NCBI GenBank assembly: GCA_950097015.1
Contig: CATNEN010000007.1
Span: 1-64,000, forward strand
Direction: 5' to 3'
DNA: 64,000 nt
Origin: Macrostomum hystrix
Lineage: Eukaryota; Animalia; Platyhelminthes
The number at the start of each line of letters is the position of its first letter. Position 1 is the stretch's first letter. The notes beneath the pieces were generated by a model. That model had not been told where the DNA came from and did not search any database. It worked only from the letters and a program-made list of their open reading frames with translations. Shown here in pieces: positions 10,441-22,697 of the stretch. Position numbers and translations under genes: made by a program.

Positions 10441-12203
10441 TCACTGGCCAATCCTCGTCACCTGCAGGAAGGTGAGTTCCTTCCTACAAACGTGCAGCCT
10501 GAACTGATCCTGCCTCTCTCTGATTCCGTCCAGACTTGTCAGACTGACCCGGATTCGAGCTCCGGCCCGCAGGTGCCGTATGCCGATCGTCATGCAGGTC
10601 AAGGGCCGGCTGACGCTCAGTGACCTGGCAGCCGAACTGGGATCACTGTCGTCGATGTGCAAGGCGCACTCGATGGTGCGGACTGAGCTGGCATCCACCA
10701 GCTGGGCCACGAGCTGCGTGGTCATGTGGTACAGGCCGGGGCGCAGTACAACCAGTGTGGAGCCGCCATCGGCCAGAGAGAAGGCACCGTCTGCGACGTT
10801 TCCACTGCTGCTGTCTGGAGTCCATGGCGCCACAGTCACTGAGCTCTTGCCAGCTGGAATGCAATTTTAAGGGGCTAAATGACTGCAGACCTATTGCGGT
10901 ACCAACTACCAACTGCAGTACCAACTACAGAACCAACTACAGAACCAACTACAGAACCAACTACAGAACCAACTACAGAACCAACTACAGAACCAACTAC
11001 TGCACCAACTACAGGACCAACTACAGAACCAACTACAGAACCAACTACAGTACCAACTACAGTACCAACTATGGTACCAAAAGCAGTGCCAACTACAGTA
11101 CCAACAACAGAACTAACTATGGTACCAACTACAGTACCAACTAAACCACCAACTACAGTACCAACTAAACCACCAACTACAGGACCAACTACAGTACCAA
11201 CAATTACTAACAGTTGTCTAATCGGTTACCTCTGCTCAGAATGTCCATGTCGCGGCACAGATTCCCATAGAACTTGCTTTGACACGATTCCAAGCGTTCG
11301 TAAGCGATCCGCAGAGTGATCTAGAATGCGTATTGAATTCGTTTGTCAGGATTCAGAAGGCCCATGTTGGTCAGTGATTGAATACCCAGCCAGGATTTTG
11401 TAGGGCTTACATTATCAGCCAAGACGCTGTTCGCATTGTCCATGGTCCTGGCCACCTGCAGGTAGGTGCTCTCCGGCTTGAACACTTGGATCCTGAACTG
11501 GCTCTTGTCCAGAGAGTCGTCAAGGTTGCGCAACCGGACACCAATCACGTCACCACCCCGCAGCCTCAGAATGCTGACCGCCAGGCAGCTGATTGGCCGG
11601 CCGGCGCTCACGGACCGACCAGAGAAGGCCGCCCGGCCGTTGATGGTGATGTCGCACACGACGTCCTTGGCTGCGCCGGCTTCCTCCAGCAGCAGCTGGG
11701 TGGTGAGCTGAGTTTTTATTTTATACAAACCAGGCCGCTGCACCTGCACCTGTGCCGCCTGATTGACCACCGCGAAGCTGCCAGCCTTGGCGGTGCCATC
11801 GACAATGGCCCAAGGTCCGAGCTCGACATTTTTCTGACCCTCTGAAGTTTAAAAGTCAGTCAGTCAACAATTCTGGTTAATTCTCTAAATAACAAACCAT
11901 TGGCATTTAAAAAATTTAGCTAATTTTCTCACTTTTGGTCAGCACGATGGAGTTGCGGCAGAGGCTGCCGTTAAAAACTCCCTGGCACGATGTCAGTTGT
12001 TGGGAGTCGACTTTCATAAAAATCTGGAAGTTAACATTAAGAAATAGTTATTTGAGCCGTACAGTTAGGCGCGAAGGTTCACAAAGGTGCGCGAAATTTA
12101 CCGTGTCGGGAAGTTGGGACGAGTTCCCGAAAGGCGCGCCTTGTGCCAGCGGTATTCCTCCTAGGAGCAGCAGAATAGCGACCACGGCTCCGAAGCTGAG
12201 CAT
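10441..12203 (-). CDS. TNF-like gene T2: secreted protein with two tandem TNF-homology domains (375 aa)
   Basis: Exons 12203-12102, 12023-11933, 11841-11411, 11320-11230, 10853-10441. All introns are GT-AG, phases 0/1/0/1, 1128 nt open. Signal peptide MLSFGAVVAILLLLGGIPLAQG. Domain motifs GPW...VQRPGLYKIKTQL...STYLQV and APW...VLRPGLYHMTTQL...TFLQV. TATAAA at ~12328-12333. Confidence 0.85.
10899..11203. repeat. 12-bp minisatellite (ACCAACTACAGA)n in T2 intron 4
   Basis: Direct inspection; lies between donor 11229 and acceptor 10854. Confidence 0.9.
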
Positions 12204-12949
12204 TCTCAGATGAGAAGTAGATTGATTCTTGGCGCAACTGGGCATACTGGCGAAATTTGATCAGGAAGCCTCGGTGAGTTTCTCTTAGAAGACTCGTTAA
12301 CTTTGTGGCAGAGAAATTTGCGCCTTATTTATAGGCAATTTTTTGTCAGGTCATCCGCGCACTTCAGTCTAAATTGTCACTTCCGTTGGTTTCGCCACAG
12401 GCTGTAAATAGCATCAGTTTAGCCTCGCCCTCGACCAAGCCCTTCTAAAAATAGCGCCCGCCAACTCGAAAAGCCGCCAATTTTTTCATTCGCCATTCCG
12501 CACCGCCATTGTGTGATTCTTCCTGAAAATAACCTCTCGCCTTTGTTGACCATTGCCAAAAATACCCATTGTGCACCTGCCACAGTGGATGAAATTAGAA
12601 ACCTGTTGTTTGTGTTATCAATAAACTTCGACCTAGAGATTAATCAGAACTTGAATAGTTTTTTAATTTCTCAATTTGGCAACATTTCTTAGAAACAAAG
12701 TTCACCATCGCATACATTTTTAGACGAAAACATATTTTAAAGAAATTTCCTAAATACAATGGCCTTTTAAAACGCCCTAAATTCTATGATTTTAGTATTT
12801 TAAAAATAAAATCACGAAAAAAGTACCGGTTTATTAAACAAATATTATGATTCTCAATAATTGTTGCCCATCTGACGGACAGGCCCAAAATATTCCTTTA
12901 ATTAATTCCCACTCCACTTAAATAATTTGCGCCATTTAGCAAGACAAAC

Positions 12950-15900
12950 TGAATGCCAAAAGAGTGTCTCAGTATCCCTGAAGAGTGTCTCAGTATCCCT
13001 GAAGTGTGTCTCAGTATCCCTGAAGAGTGTCTCAGTATCCCTGAAGAGTGTCTCAGCATCCCTGAAGAGTGTCTCAGTATCCCTGAAGAGTGTCTCAGTA
13101 TCCCTGAAGTGTGTCTCAGTATCGCTGAAGAGTGTCTCAGTATCCCTGAAGAGCGTCTCAGTATCCCTGAAGAGTGTCTCAGCATCCCTGAAGAGTGTCT
13201 CAGTATCCCTGAAGAGTGTCTCAGTATCCCTGAAGAGTGTCTCAGTATCACTGAAGAGTGTCTCAGTATCCCTGAAGAGTGTCTCAGTATCCCTGAAGAG
13301 CGTCTCCGTATCCCTGAAGAGTGTCTCAGTATCCCTGAAGAGTGTCTCAGTATCCCTGAAGAGTGTCTCAGTATCCCTGAAGAGTGTCTCAGTATCCCTG
13401 AAGTGTGTCTCAGTATCGCTGAAGAGTGTCTCAGTATCCCTGAAGAGCGTCTCTGTATCCCTGAAGAGTGTCTCAGCATCCCTGAAGAGTGTCTCAGTAT
13501 CCCTGAAGAGTGTCTCAGTATCCCTGAAGAGTGTCTCAGTATCACTGAAGAGTGTCTCAGTATCCCTGAAGAGTGTCTCAGTATCCCTGAAGAGCGTCTC
13601 CGTATCCCTGAAGAGTGTCTCAGTATCCCTGAAGAGTGTCTCAGTATCCCTGAAGAGTGTCTCAGTATCCCTGAAGAGTGTCTCAGTATCCCTGAAGAGT
13701 GCCTCAGTATCCCTAAAGAGTGTCTCAGTATCCTGAAGAGTGTCTCAGCATCACTGAAGAGAGTCATAGTATCCCTGAAGGGTGTCTTAGTATCCCTGAA
13801 GAGTGTCTCAGTATCCCTGAAGAGTGTCTCAGCATCCCTGAAGGGTGTCTTAGTATCCCTGAAGAGTGTCTAAGCATCCCTGAAGAGTGTCTCAGTATCC
13901 CTGAAGAGTGTCTAAGCATCCCTGAAGGGTGTCTTAGTATCCCTGAAGAGTGTCTAAGCATCCCTGAAGAGTGTCTAAGCATCCCTGAAGGGTGTCTTAG
14001 TATCCCTGAAGAGTGTCTAAGCATCCCTGAAGAGTGTCTCAGTATCCCTGAAGAGTGTCTCAGTATCCCTGAAGAGTGTCTAAGCATCCCTGAAGGGTGT
14101 CTTAGTATCCCTGAAGAGTGTCTAAGCATCCCTGAAGAGTGTCTCTGTATCCCTGAATTATGTCTCAGTATCACTGAAGAGTGTCTCAGTATCCCTGAAG
14201 AGTGTCTCAGCATCCCTGAAGAGTGTCTCAGTATCACTGAAGAGTGTCTCGGTATCACTGAAGGGTGTCTCAGTATCACTGAAGAGTGTCTCTGTATCCC
14301 TGAAGAGTGTCTAAGATCACTGAAGAGTGTCTCAGTATCCCTGAAGAGTGTCTCAGCATCCCTGAAGAGTGTCTCAGTATCCCTGAAGAGTGTCTCAGTA
14401 TCCCTGAAGAGTGTCTCAGTATCACTGAAGAGTGTCTCAGTATCCCTGAAGAGTGTCTCAGTATCCCTGAAGAGCGTCTCCGTATCCCTGAAGAGTGTCT
14501 CAGTATCCCTGAAGAGTGTCTCAGTATCCCTGAAGAGTGTCTCAGTATCCCTGAAGAGTGTCTCAGTATCCCTGAAGAGTGCCTCAGTATCCCTAAAGAG
14601 TGTCTCAGTATCCCTGAAGAGTGTCTCAGTATCCTGAAGAGTGTCTCAGCATCACTGAAGAGAGTCATAGTATCCCTGAAGGGTGTCTTAGTATCCCTGA
14701 AGAGTGTCTCAGTATCCCTGAAGAGTGCCTCAGTATCCCTGAAGAGTGTCTCAGTATCCCTGAAGAGTGTCTAAGCATCCCTGAAGGGTGTCTTAGTATC
14801 CCTGAAGAGTGTCTAAGCATCCCTGAAGAGTGTCTCAGTATCCCTGAAGAGTGTCTCAGTATCCCTGAAGAGTGTCTAAGCATCCCTGAAGGGTGTCTTA
14901 GTATCCCTGAAGAGTGTCTAAGCATCCCTGAAGAGTGTCTCTGTATCCCTGAATTATGTCTCAGTATCACTGAAGAGTGTCTCAGTATCCCTGAAGAGTG
15001 TCTCAGCATCCCTGAAGAGTGTCTCAGTATCACTGAAGAGTGTCTCGGTATCACTGAAGGGTGTCTCAGTATCACTGAAGAGTGTCTCTGTATCCCTGAA
15101 GAGTGTCTAAGATCACTGAAGAGTGTCTCAGTATCCCTGAAGAGTGTCTCAGCATCCCTGAAGAGTGTCTCAGTATCCCTGAAGAGTGTCTCAGTATCCC
15201 TGAAGAGTGTCTCAGTATCACTGAAGAGTGTCTCAGTATCCCTGAAGAGTGTCTCAGTATCCCTGAAGAGCGTCTCCGTATCCCTGAAGAGTGTCTCAGT
15301 ATCCCTGAAGAGTGTCTCAGTATCCCTGAAGAGTGTCTCAGTATCCCTGAAGAGTGTCTCAGTATCCCTGAAGAGTGCCTCAGTATCCCTAAAGAGTGTC
15401 TCAGTATCCCTGAAGAGTGTCTCAGTATCCTGAAGAGTGTCTCAGCATCACTGAAGAGAGTCATAGTATCCCTGAAGGGTGTCTTAGTATCCCTGAAGAG
15501 TGTCTCAGTATCCCTGAAGAGTGCCTCAGTATCCCTGAAGAGTGTCTCAGTATCCTGAAGAGTGTCTCAGCATCACTGAAGAGAGTCATAGTATCCCTGA
15601 AGGGTGTCTTAGTATCCCTGAAGAGTGTCTCAGTATCCCTGAAGAGTGTCTCAGTATCCCTGAAGAGCGTCTCCGTATCCCTGAAGAGTGTCTCAGTATC
15701 CCTGAAGAGTTTCTCAGTATCCCTGAAGAGTGTCTCAGTATCCCTGAAGAGTGTCTCAGTATCCCTGAAGAGTGCCTCAGTATCCCTAAAGAGTGTCTCA
15801 GTATCCCTGAAGAGTGTCTCAGTATCCTGAAGAGTGTCTCAGCATCACTGAAGAGAGTCATAGTATCCCTGAAGGGTGTCTTAGTATCCCTGAAGAGTGT

Positions 15901-17524
15901 CTCAGTATCACTGAAGAGTGTCTCAGTATCCCTGAAGAGTGTCTAAGCATCCCTGAAGAGTGTCTAAGCATCCCTGAAGGGTGTCTTAGTATCCCTGAAG
16001 AGTGTCTAAGCATCCCTGAAGAGTGTCTCAGCATCCCTGAAGGGTGTCTCAGTATCCCTGAAGAGTGTCTCAGTATCACTGAAGAGTGTCTCAGTATCCC
16101 TGAAGAGTGTCTCAGTATCCCTGAAGAGTGTCTCAGCATCCCTGAAGGGTGTCTTAGTATCCCTGAAGAGTGTCTAAGCATCCCTGAAGAGTGTCTCAGT
16201 ATCCCTGAAGAGTGTCTCAGTATCACTGAAGAGAGTCATAGTATCCCTGAATTATGTCTCAGTATCCCTGAAGAGTGTCTCAGTATCCCTGAAGAGTGTC
16301 TCAGCATCCCTGAAGAGTGTCTCAGTATCACTGAAGAGTGTCTCGGTATCACTGATGGGTGTCTCAGTATCACTGAAGAGTGTCTCTGTATCCCTGAAGA
16401 GTGTCTAAGATCACTGAAGAGTGTCTCAGTATCCCTGAAGAGTGTCTCAGTATCCCTGAAGGGTGTCTCAGTATCCCTGAAGAGTGTCTCAGCATCCCTG
16501 AAGAGTGTCTCAGTATCACTGAAGAGTGTCTCGGTATCACTGAAGGGTGTCTCAGTATCACTGAAGAGTGTCTCTGTATCCCTGAAGAGTGTCTCAGTAT
16601 CCCTGAAGAGTGCCTCAGCATCCCTGAAGGGTGTCTCAGTATCACTGAAGAGTGTCTCAGTATCCCTGAAGAGTGTCTAAGATCACTGAAGAGTTTCTCT
16701 GTATCCCTGAAGAGTGTCTCAGTATCACTGAAGAGTGTCTAAGATCACTGAAGAGTGTCTCAGTATCCCTGAAGAGTGCCTCAGCATCCCTGAAGGGTGT
16801 CTCAGTATCACTGAAGAGTGTCTCAGTATCCCTGAAGAGTGCCTCAGCATCCTTGAAGGGTGTCTCAGTATCCCTGAAGAGTGTCTCAGTATCCCTGAAG
16901 AGTGTCTAAGCATCCCTGAAGAGTGTCTCAGTATCACTGAAGAGTGTCTAAGCATCCCTGAAGAGAGTGTCTCAGTATCACTGAGGCACTCAGTATCCCT
17001 GAAGAGTTTCTCAGTATCACTGAAGAGAGTCTTAGTATCACTTTGAAGAGTGTCTCAGTATCACTGAACACTGTCTCAGTATCACCGAAGAGTGTCTCAG
17101 TATCCCTGAAGAGTGCCTCAGCATCCCTGAAGGGTGTCTCAGTATCACTGAAGAGTGTCTCAGTATCCCTGAAGAGTGCCTCAGCATCCCTGAAGGGTGT
17201 CTCAGTATCACTGAAGAGTGTCTCAGTATCCCTGAAGAGTGCCTCAGCATCCCTGAAGGGTGTCTCAGTATCACTGAAGAGTGTCTCAGTATCCCTGAAG
17301 AGTGCCTCAGCATCCCTGAAGGGTGTCTCAGTATCACTGAAGAGTGTCTCAGTATCCCTGAAGAGTGCCTCAGCATCCCTGAAGAGTGCCTCAGCATCCC
17401 TGAAGGGTGTCTTAGTATCCCTGAAGAGTGTCTAAGCATCCCTGAAGAGTGTCTAAGCATCCCTGAAGGGTGTCTCAGCATCCCTGAAGAGTGTCTAAGC
17501 ATCCCTGAAGGGTGTCTCAGTATG
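12950..17524. repeat. 21-bp satellite (CAGTATCCCTGAAGAGTGTCT)n, >200 units with higher-order block duplications
   Basis: Direct inspection. Variant blocks recur at ~900 and ~800 bp spacing (13720, 14621, 15417). Confidence 0.97.
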
Positions 17525-18026
17525 CCTAAAGTCTACTCCTTGGTGTCCTTAGTTTAACACAGTATAGTTTCAGTCCACCCAAAATGTGTACGGACCCAAT
17601 TGAAGCAGGTGTAATAAATGAAGATCAAAAAATTTTTCTCGTAGAGGCGAGAAAGAGAACTTCCACTCTCTAAATTCTCTACCTGTGACAGATTTCTTTT
17701 AATTGCCCTAATTTGTTCAGGTGTCCTTTTGTAGACAAGCGGAGAATGACTCAAGTACCTCGGCGTAGCTGTCATGCTGTCTGTGCGAACAACCTTGTTG
17801 TTGCCATTATAAACTATCCATAACTGACCATGCAAGCACTGAAAATGAACAATTCTGCAAAGAAACTATTTTTTTCTTTTATTTGACGCTTTCAACCGAT
17901 GAAAATATTTCAGTAGTATCGGCAGTACTACGGCAGTAGTATCTACAGTGAAAGCTGTAATTTTTGTTGTGTAACTGCTAGTACTACAAAGCTACTGTTG
18001 TGCCATAGAAAATTGACTTTGGATTG

Positions 18027-21000
18027 TGTTGCATATGCTGCATGCTATGCTGATTTATTTATAGACTTATTCTCGTCTAAAAGTAGTCTATGTGCCATTG
18101 AGGCAAAATGCTACTGTACATCTTGTTTGCTAGAAGCTTCAATGCCCCTTAAGGGTAAAGAAATATAACAGCGAGCTTTAGGCTCATGCCAACTTGGAGC
18201 TGCTCTAATAACGCACTTCTGCAATTCACAAACCCAAGTGCCTTCGTGATCTTCAAACGTAACATGGCGACGAGGAAAAACCACTGGATTCACTGAAGAA
18301 GCTGTGTACTGACTACCTTACGTTCGCAGGAGTGATGACTCAGCCGTTGGATTTTCGACTTGGAGAACTGCCTCTTTCTTATCCCGAGATCGAGCAGTAT
18401 TTCAAAAGACTGCAGTTTTACCTGGTGGCTTCAGGGAAGCAAGCTCACTCCAAAGCAGTACTTCTAGCGACATGCGGAGACGCAGCATTCACACTGATAG
18501 AAGAGCTTGCAAAGCCAAAAGACATCACGAAGGAGGAAGTAACGTTCGATGATATCCAGAATTCGCTAACCGCACATTTTAAGCCCAAAACATTGCTTCA
18601 CTATGAGAGACACGTGCTTCACTCCATGGTGCAAAAGGAGGGTGAATCGATTGCTACCTACATCGAATGTCTGAAGCGCCAAGCCAACAAATGCAGATTC
18701 GGTGATCTCCGAGACGAACTAATTCTGTCGCAGTACACATTTGGCTTGCGGAATCAAGTGCTAAAGCAAAAGCTTCTTTCAAGAGAGGATGTCACTTTGG
18801 AAGGCGCGATACAAGAAGGTTTGCTGTCTGAGTCGATTAGGATGGCAACAAGCAAGCCGGATACAATCGCGGCGGTGCAGAAGAAGAGTCATTCCGGATG
18901 GGTAAGACCAGAAAAGACGCCTGCCCACAAGCAGCAGCACAGTTGGGACAACCGCAAAGGACCGACAAAGCCTCGTGAAACTGGTCACTGCCACACATGT
19001 GGAAAAGCAGGACACGTCAGGTCAAAGTGCCGATTTAGGGATGCGCAGTGCCGAAAGTGTGGGAAGGTTGGACACCTGGCAGCAGTTTGTCGCTCCAAGA
19101 CCGTTAATACTCTGCAGAACGTGTGCCGATCAGAGGATTCTAGCCATGGGCATGTAGGAGCAATCTACGCGACAACCGACATCGGAGATCGTCATTCAAC
19201 GGATCAGTGGTTTGTTACATGCAAGATTGGAGACGCGAGTGCTAAGATGTTGGTAGATACAGGCAGTCAAGTTACCATCATACCCAAGCACGTTGCTGAC
19301 GGTTCCAATCTGAAATTCAAACCAGTTACTAAAACGCTTAAGTCGTACGGCGGATTCCAGCCAGAAATATACTCAGTCATTCAGGATGCAACGATTACTC
19401 TGTCCGATGGAAGATCTGCCACGGGAAAAGTGTATGTAGGCAGCGATTTATTGGCTATACTGGGAATGGATTTCCTATCGCGCCTGCACATACTACACAT
19501 CGACGGAAGTATTTCAGAAGATCTTCTTTGCATGCCAGTGGTGCGTGATGCAAATTCGAGATTTCTCGCGAGTTTCCGCCTCCGCTCAGATGCTAGAACG
19601 GACGGCATGCGATATCCAGCCAGATCTTTGCCCTTTTCTATGAAGTCCATGGTTGAGACCGAGCTCAAGCGACTGCTAAATGCAGGCATTATATATCCAG
19701 TGGAAGACCCAACCGTTTCTGCGCCAATTGTTCCAGTTTTAAAGCAGCAAGGCTCAGCGAGACCAATACGTCTATGTGGCGACTACTCAGTCACGCTTAA
19801 TCGCATAATCGATGCCGATCGCTACAAGCTTCCAAAGCTAGAAGAAATCCTTTCTAAAATTCCTAATGCCAAGTACTATTCAGTCCTGGATTTAGAAGAC
19901 GCGTTTCTTCAAGTTGCGCTTTCTCCTGAGAGCCAGAAACTTACCTGCATATCTACGCACCTGGGCTACTTCGCTTTCAAAAATCTTCAGTTTGGAATTT
20001 CCGCAGCACCATTAATCTTCCAAGAAGTCATGGATGATGTGCTCAGAAACGTAGAATGCACTGCTTCGTATCAAGACGATATAATAATTGGAACTCCCGG
20101 AGACCGACAACAACACATCCTGGTGCTAAACAAGGTAAAGCAGCGTTTGGCTGACAATGGGTTCAAGATTAACGCCCGCAAGTCACAGGAATGCCTACAA
20201 AGCGTCAAGTTTCTCGGGTTCATTATCCACAACGGCAAGCTCGAGCCTGATCCAGCGAGAATAGAAGCATGGGAAAATATGCCAGATCCCACTGATAAAG
20301 ACCGATTAAAAAGCGCCTTGTGTACTCTTCGACACTACGGTCTGTTCTGCAAGAATTTTTCTATCATCGCTCGACCGTTGTATTCATTATTGAAGAAAGG
20401 ACAGCACTGGTTCTGGAACAAAGAGCATTCACAGGCCTTCAAGAGATTGAAGCAAAGTATCCGACAAGGAGCGATAACTGCTTACGACTCGTCAAAGCGT
20501 CTGTTTCTGACTTGTGATGCGTCAAAGGATGGATTGGGGTTCGTGCTCTCTCATGACAGAGAGCAGAGACAGATTGTTTGGCTCTGAAGCAGAGTGCTCA
20601 CACCCGCAGAGGGTAATTATGCAAATATCGAACGAGAGGCGCTGGCTATCGTCGAAGGAGTTAAGTATTTCCACCAGTTTCTCGCCGGAAGAAGATTTAC
20701 AATTCTATCAGACCACAGACCGCTTCAGTTCATTTTCGATCACCATAAATCTTCTGAACGTGTTTCCGCCAGGCTTCAACGCTGGTCGCTCATTCTACGA
20801 GCGTATGACTACAAGATCGAATATTCCAAAGGCGATTCGATGTACGCCGCTGATACTCTGTCGCGACTTCCAAATGGCAATTGCATAACGAAGGAATCCG
20901 TCAACCTACTGTCAATAAATGCCCTGGACACTTTTGCGAATTCCGAAGATCTACTGCGTCGAATTGCTAAGACGAATGACTGCCATCTGCAGACACTGAA

Positions 21001-22380
21001 GCATTACATTCAGGGTGGATGGCCGGAGTACTTACCGAAAGTCATGTTGCCTTACTCAAAAGGGAAGCTTGAGTATACTATTCAGAACGGTGTTGTGTTT
21101 AAAGGATTGCGGATCGTTCCACCCAGTGAATTACGAACGGAAATTTTACACCTGCTCCATGAAAATCATCCCGGAGTTGTGCGCATGATTCGTTTGGCAC
21201 GACAGTATTTCTGGTGGCCAGGAATCGACACGCAGATAAACTGCTTCGTTCGAAGGTGTGCACAGTGTCAGCTTCACGCAAGAAAGCGAACTAACTCCAA
21301 TTTATCCTCTTGGGAAGATGCGCAGACGTTCTTCGAGAGAGTACACGCAGACGTCGCGATATTCAAAGGACACCGATTCCTAGTGCTAGTAGACGCATTC
21401 TCGAAGTGGGCGGATGTTCGGCATATCGATTCAATGAAATCGCAATCTGTAATTCGGGCATTTCGACAAACATTTAATTACATGGGTCTCCCACAAACCT
21501 TGGTGACAGACAACGGTACAAATTTCACGTCCGCCGAATTCGCCACGTTCCTAAAGGAGAACTTCGTTCAGCACCTTCTGACTCCTCCAGGTCACCATCA
21601 GTCGAATGGGCAAGTGGAGCGGATAATAGAAGAGTTTAAATTTCATCTAAAGAAGTCAAACGCTACTTCTGACGCGGCTGAACTAGAGCGAATTGCAATC
21701 GCGTTCTGTCTGTTTCACAATACTACACCGCAATGCAATGGTTCTATTCCTGCTGGTTTGGTGTTTCTTCAACTGCCAAGAACTCGCTTGTCAAGAGTGT
21801 GCACTGACTGGATTCAACCTCGACTACAAGCCGAACCAGTCTTCATTCGTGTGGAACACAAGGAAGAGAGGGTTCCGTCAATGATTACTACTTCCGTCGG
21901 AACCAATACCTTTCGTGACGACAAGGGTCGGCTGGTACATCAATCGGATATTATACCAAAGCTTCATGACGTGACTGACGGATCTGATTCCGACCAGAAT
22001 CAAAAACCCGTCTCGGAGGAAAAAACTACCGACGTCACGGCTAATCAAGCTACGGAAACGGCGCAAAAACTGAGGCGGAGTTCTCGCCAACGTCGACCCC
22101 CTGATCGTTTGGGTTACTGACGTTTTTCAGCATCGGTGGGGGTGTTGCATATGCTGCATGCTATGCTGATTTATTTATAGACTTATTCTCGTCTAAAAGT
22201 AGTCTATGTGCCATTGAGGCAAAATGCTACTGTACATCTTGTTTGCTAGAAGCTTCAATGCCCCTTAAGGGTAAAGAAATATAACAGCGAGCTTTAGGCT
22301 CATGCCAACTTGGAGCTGCTCTAATAACGCTCTTCTGCAATTCACAAACCCAAGTGCCTTCGTGATCTTCAAACGTAACA
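18027..22380 (+). mobile_element. Full-length Ty3/Gypsy LTR retrotransposon (Mag-like architecture)
   Basis: 238-bp TG...CA LTRs at 18027-18264 and 22143-22380, with one mismatch seen. 5-bp TSD GATTG, PBS TGGCGACGAGG at 18265, purine-rich GGTGGGGGG tract before the 3' LTR. Confidence 0.97.
18332..22120 (+). pseudogene. gag-pol: gag-pol polyprotein interrupted by a single in-frame TGA at 20585-20587
   Basis: Two CCHC knuckles, protease LVDTGS, RT YQDD, RNase H (LTCDAS...IVWL*SRVLTPAE.NY..IERE), integrase HHCC and D-D-E. ORFs 18332-20587 and 20594-22120 are in the same frame. Confidence 0.93.
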
Positions 22381-22697
22381 GATTGTCAAACCCGATTTGT
22401 TTCATTGATATCTAAAGCAACCAAACTTGGGAATCGAAGGAGAAAAGCTTCGATGTTTTTGGAAGGAATGTTTTTGCATAGCTATTATATAAGCGTATAT
22501 TTCATGCATAAGTAGTCATGAAAAGTAGGCGAACAAAGGCACAATATAAAATTTCTTTATAACAAAAGTTTGGCAGTGGAATCAAAAGAGGCAAAGTTGA
22601 GAATTAGCTTTGATTCGGTTAGAATGAATAAATGTGCAGCAGATGAGGGCTTATGTACATTATGCTGATCCCAAAGTCCCAAGGTCGCGTTGAAGAG

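Noticed and set aside
10879-11319. Mucin-like PTTE ORF on the plus strand
   Set aside because: A 12-bp repeat inside T2 intron 4, antisense to T2 exon 4, with no signal peptide or splice support.
12898-17502. Many ORFs of SIPEECL / LRHSSGI / SVSVSLK type (also 23843-24682)
   Set aside because: Products of the 21-bp satellite, broken by 1-bp indels between frames.
17554-17835. 93-aa minus-strand ORF between the satellite and the Gypsy element
   Set aside because: No recognisable motif, splice partners or coding-like composition.
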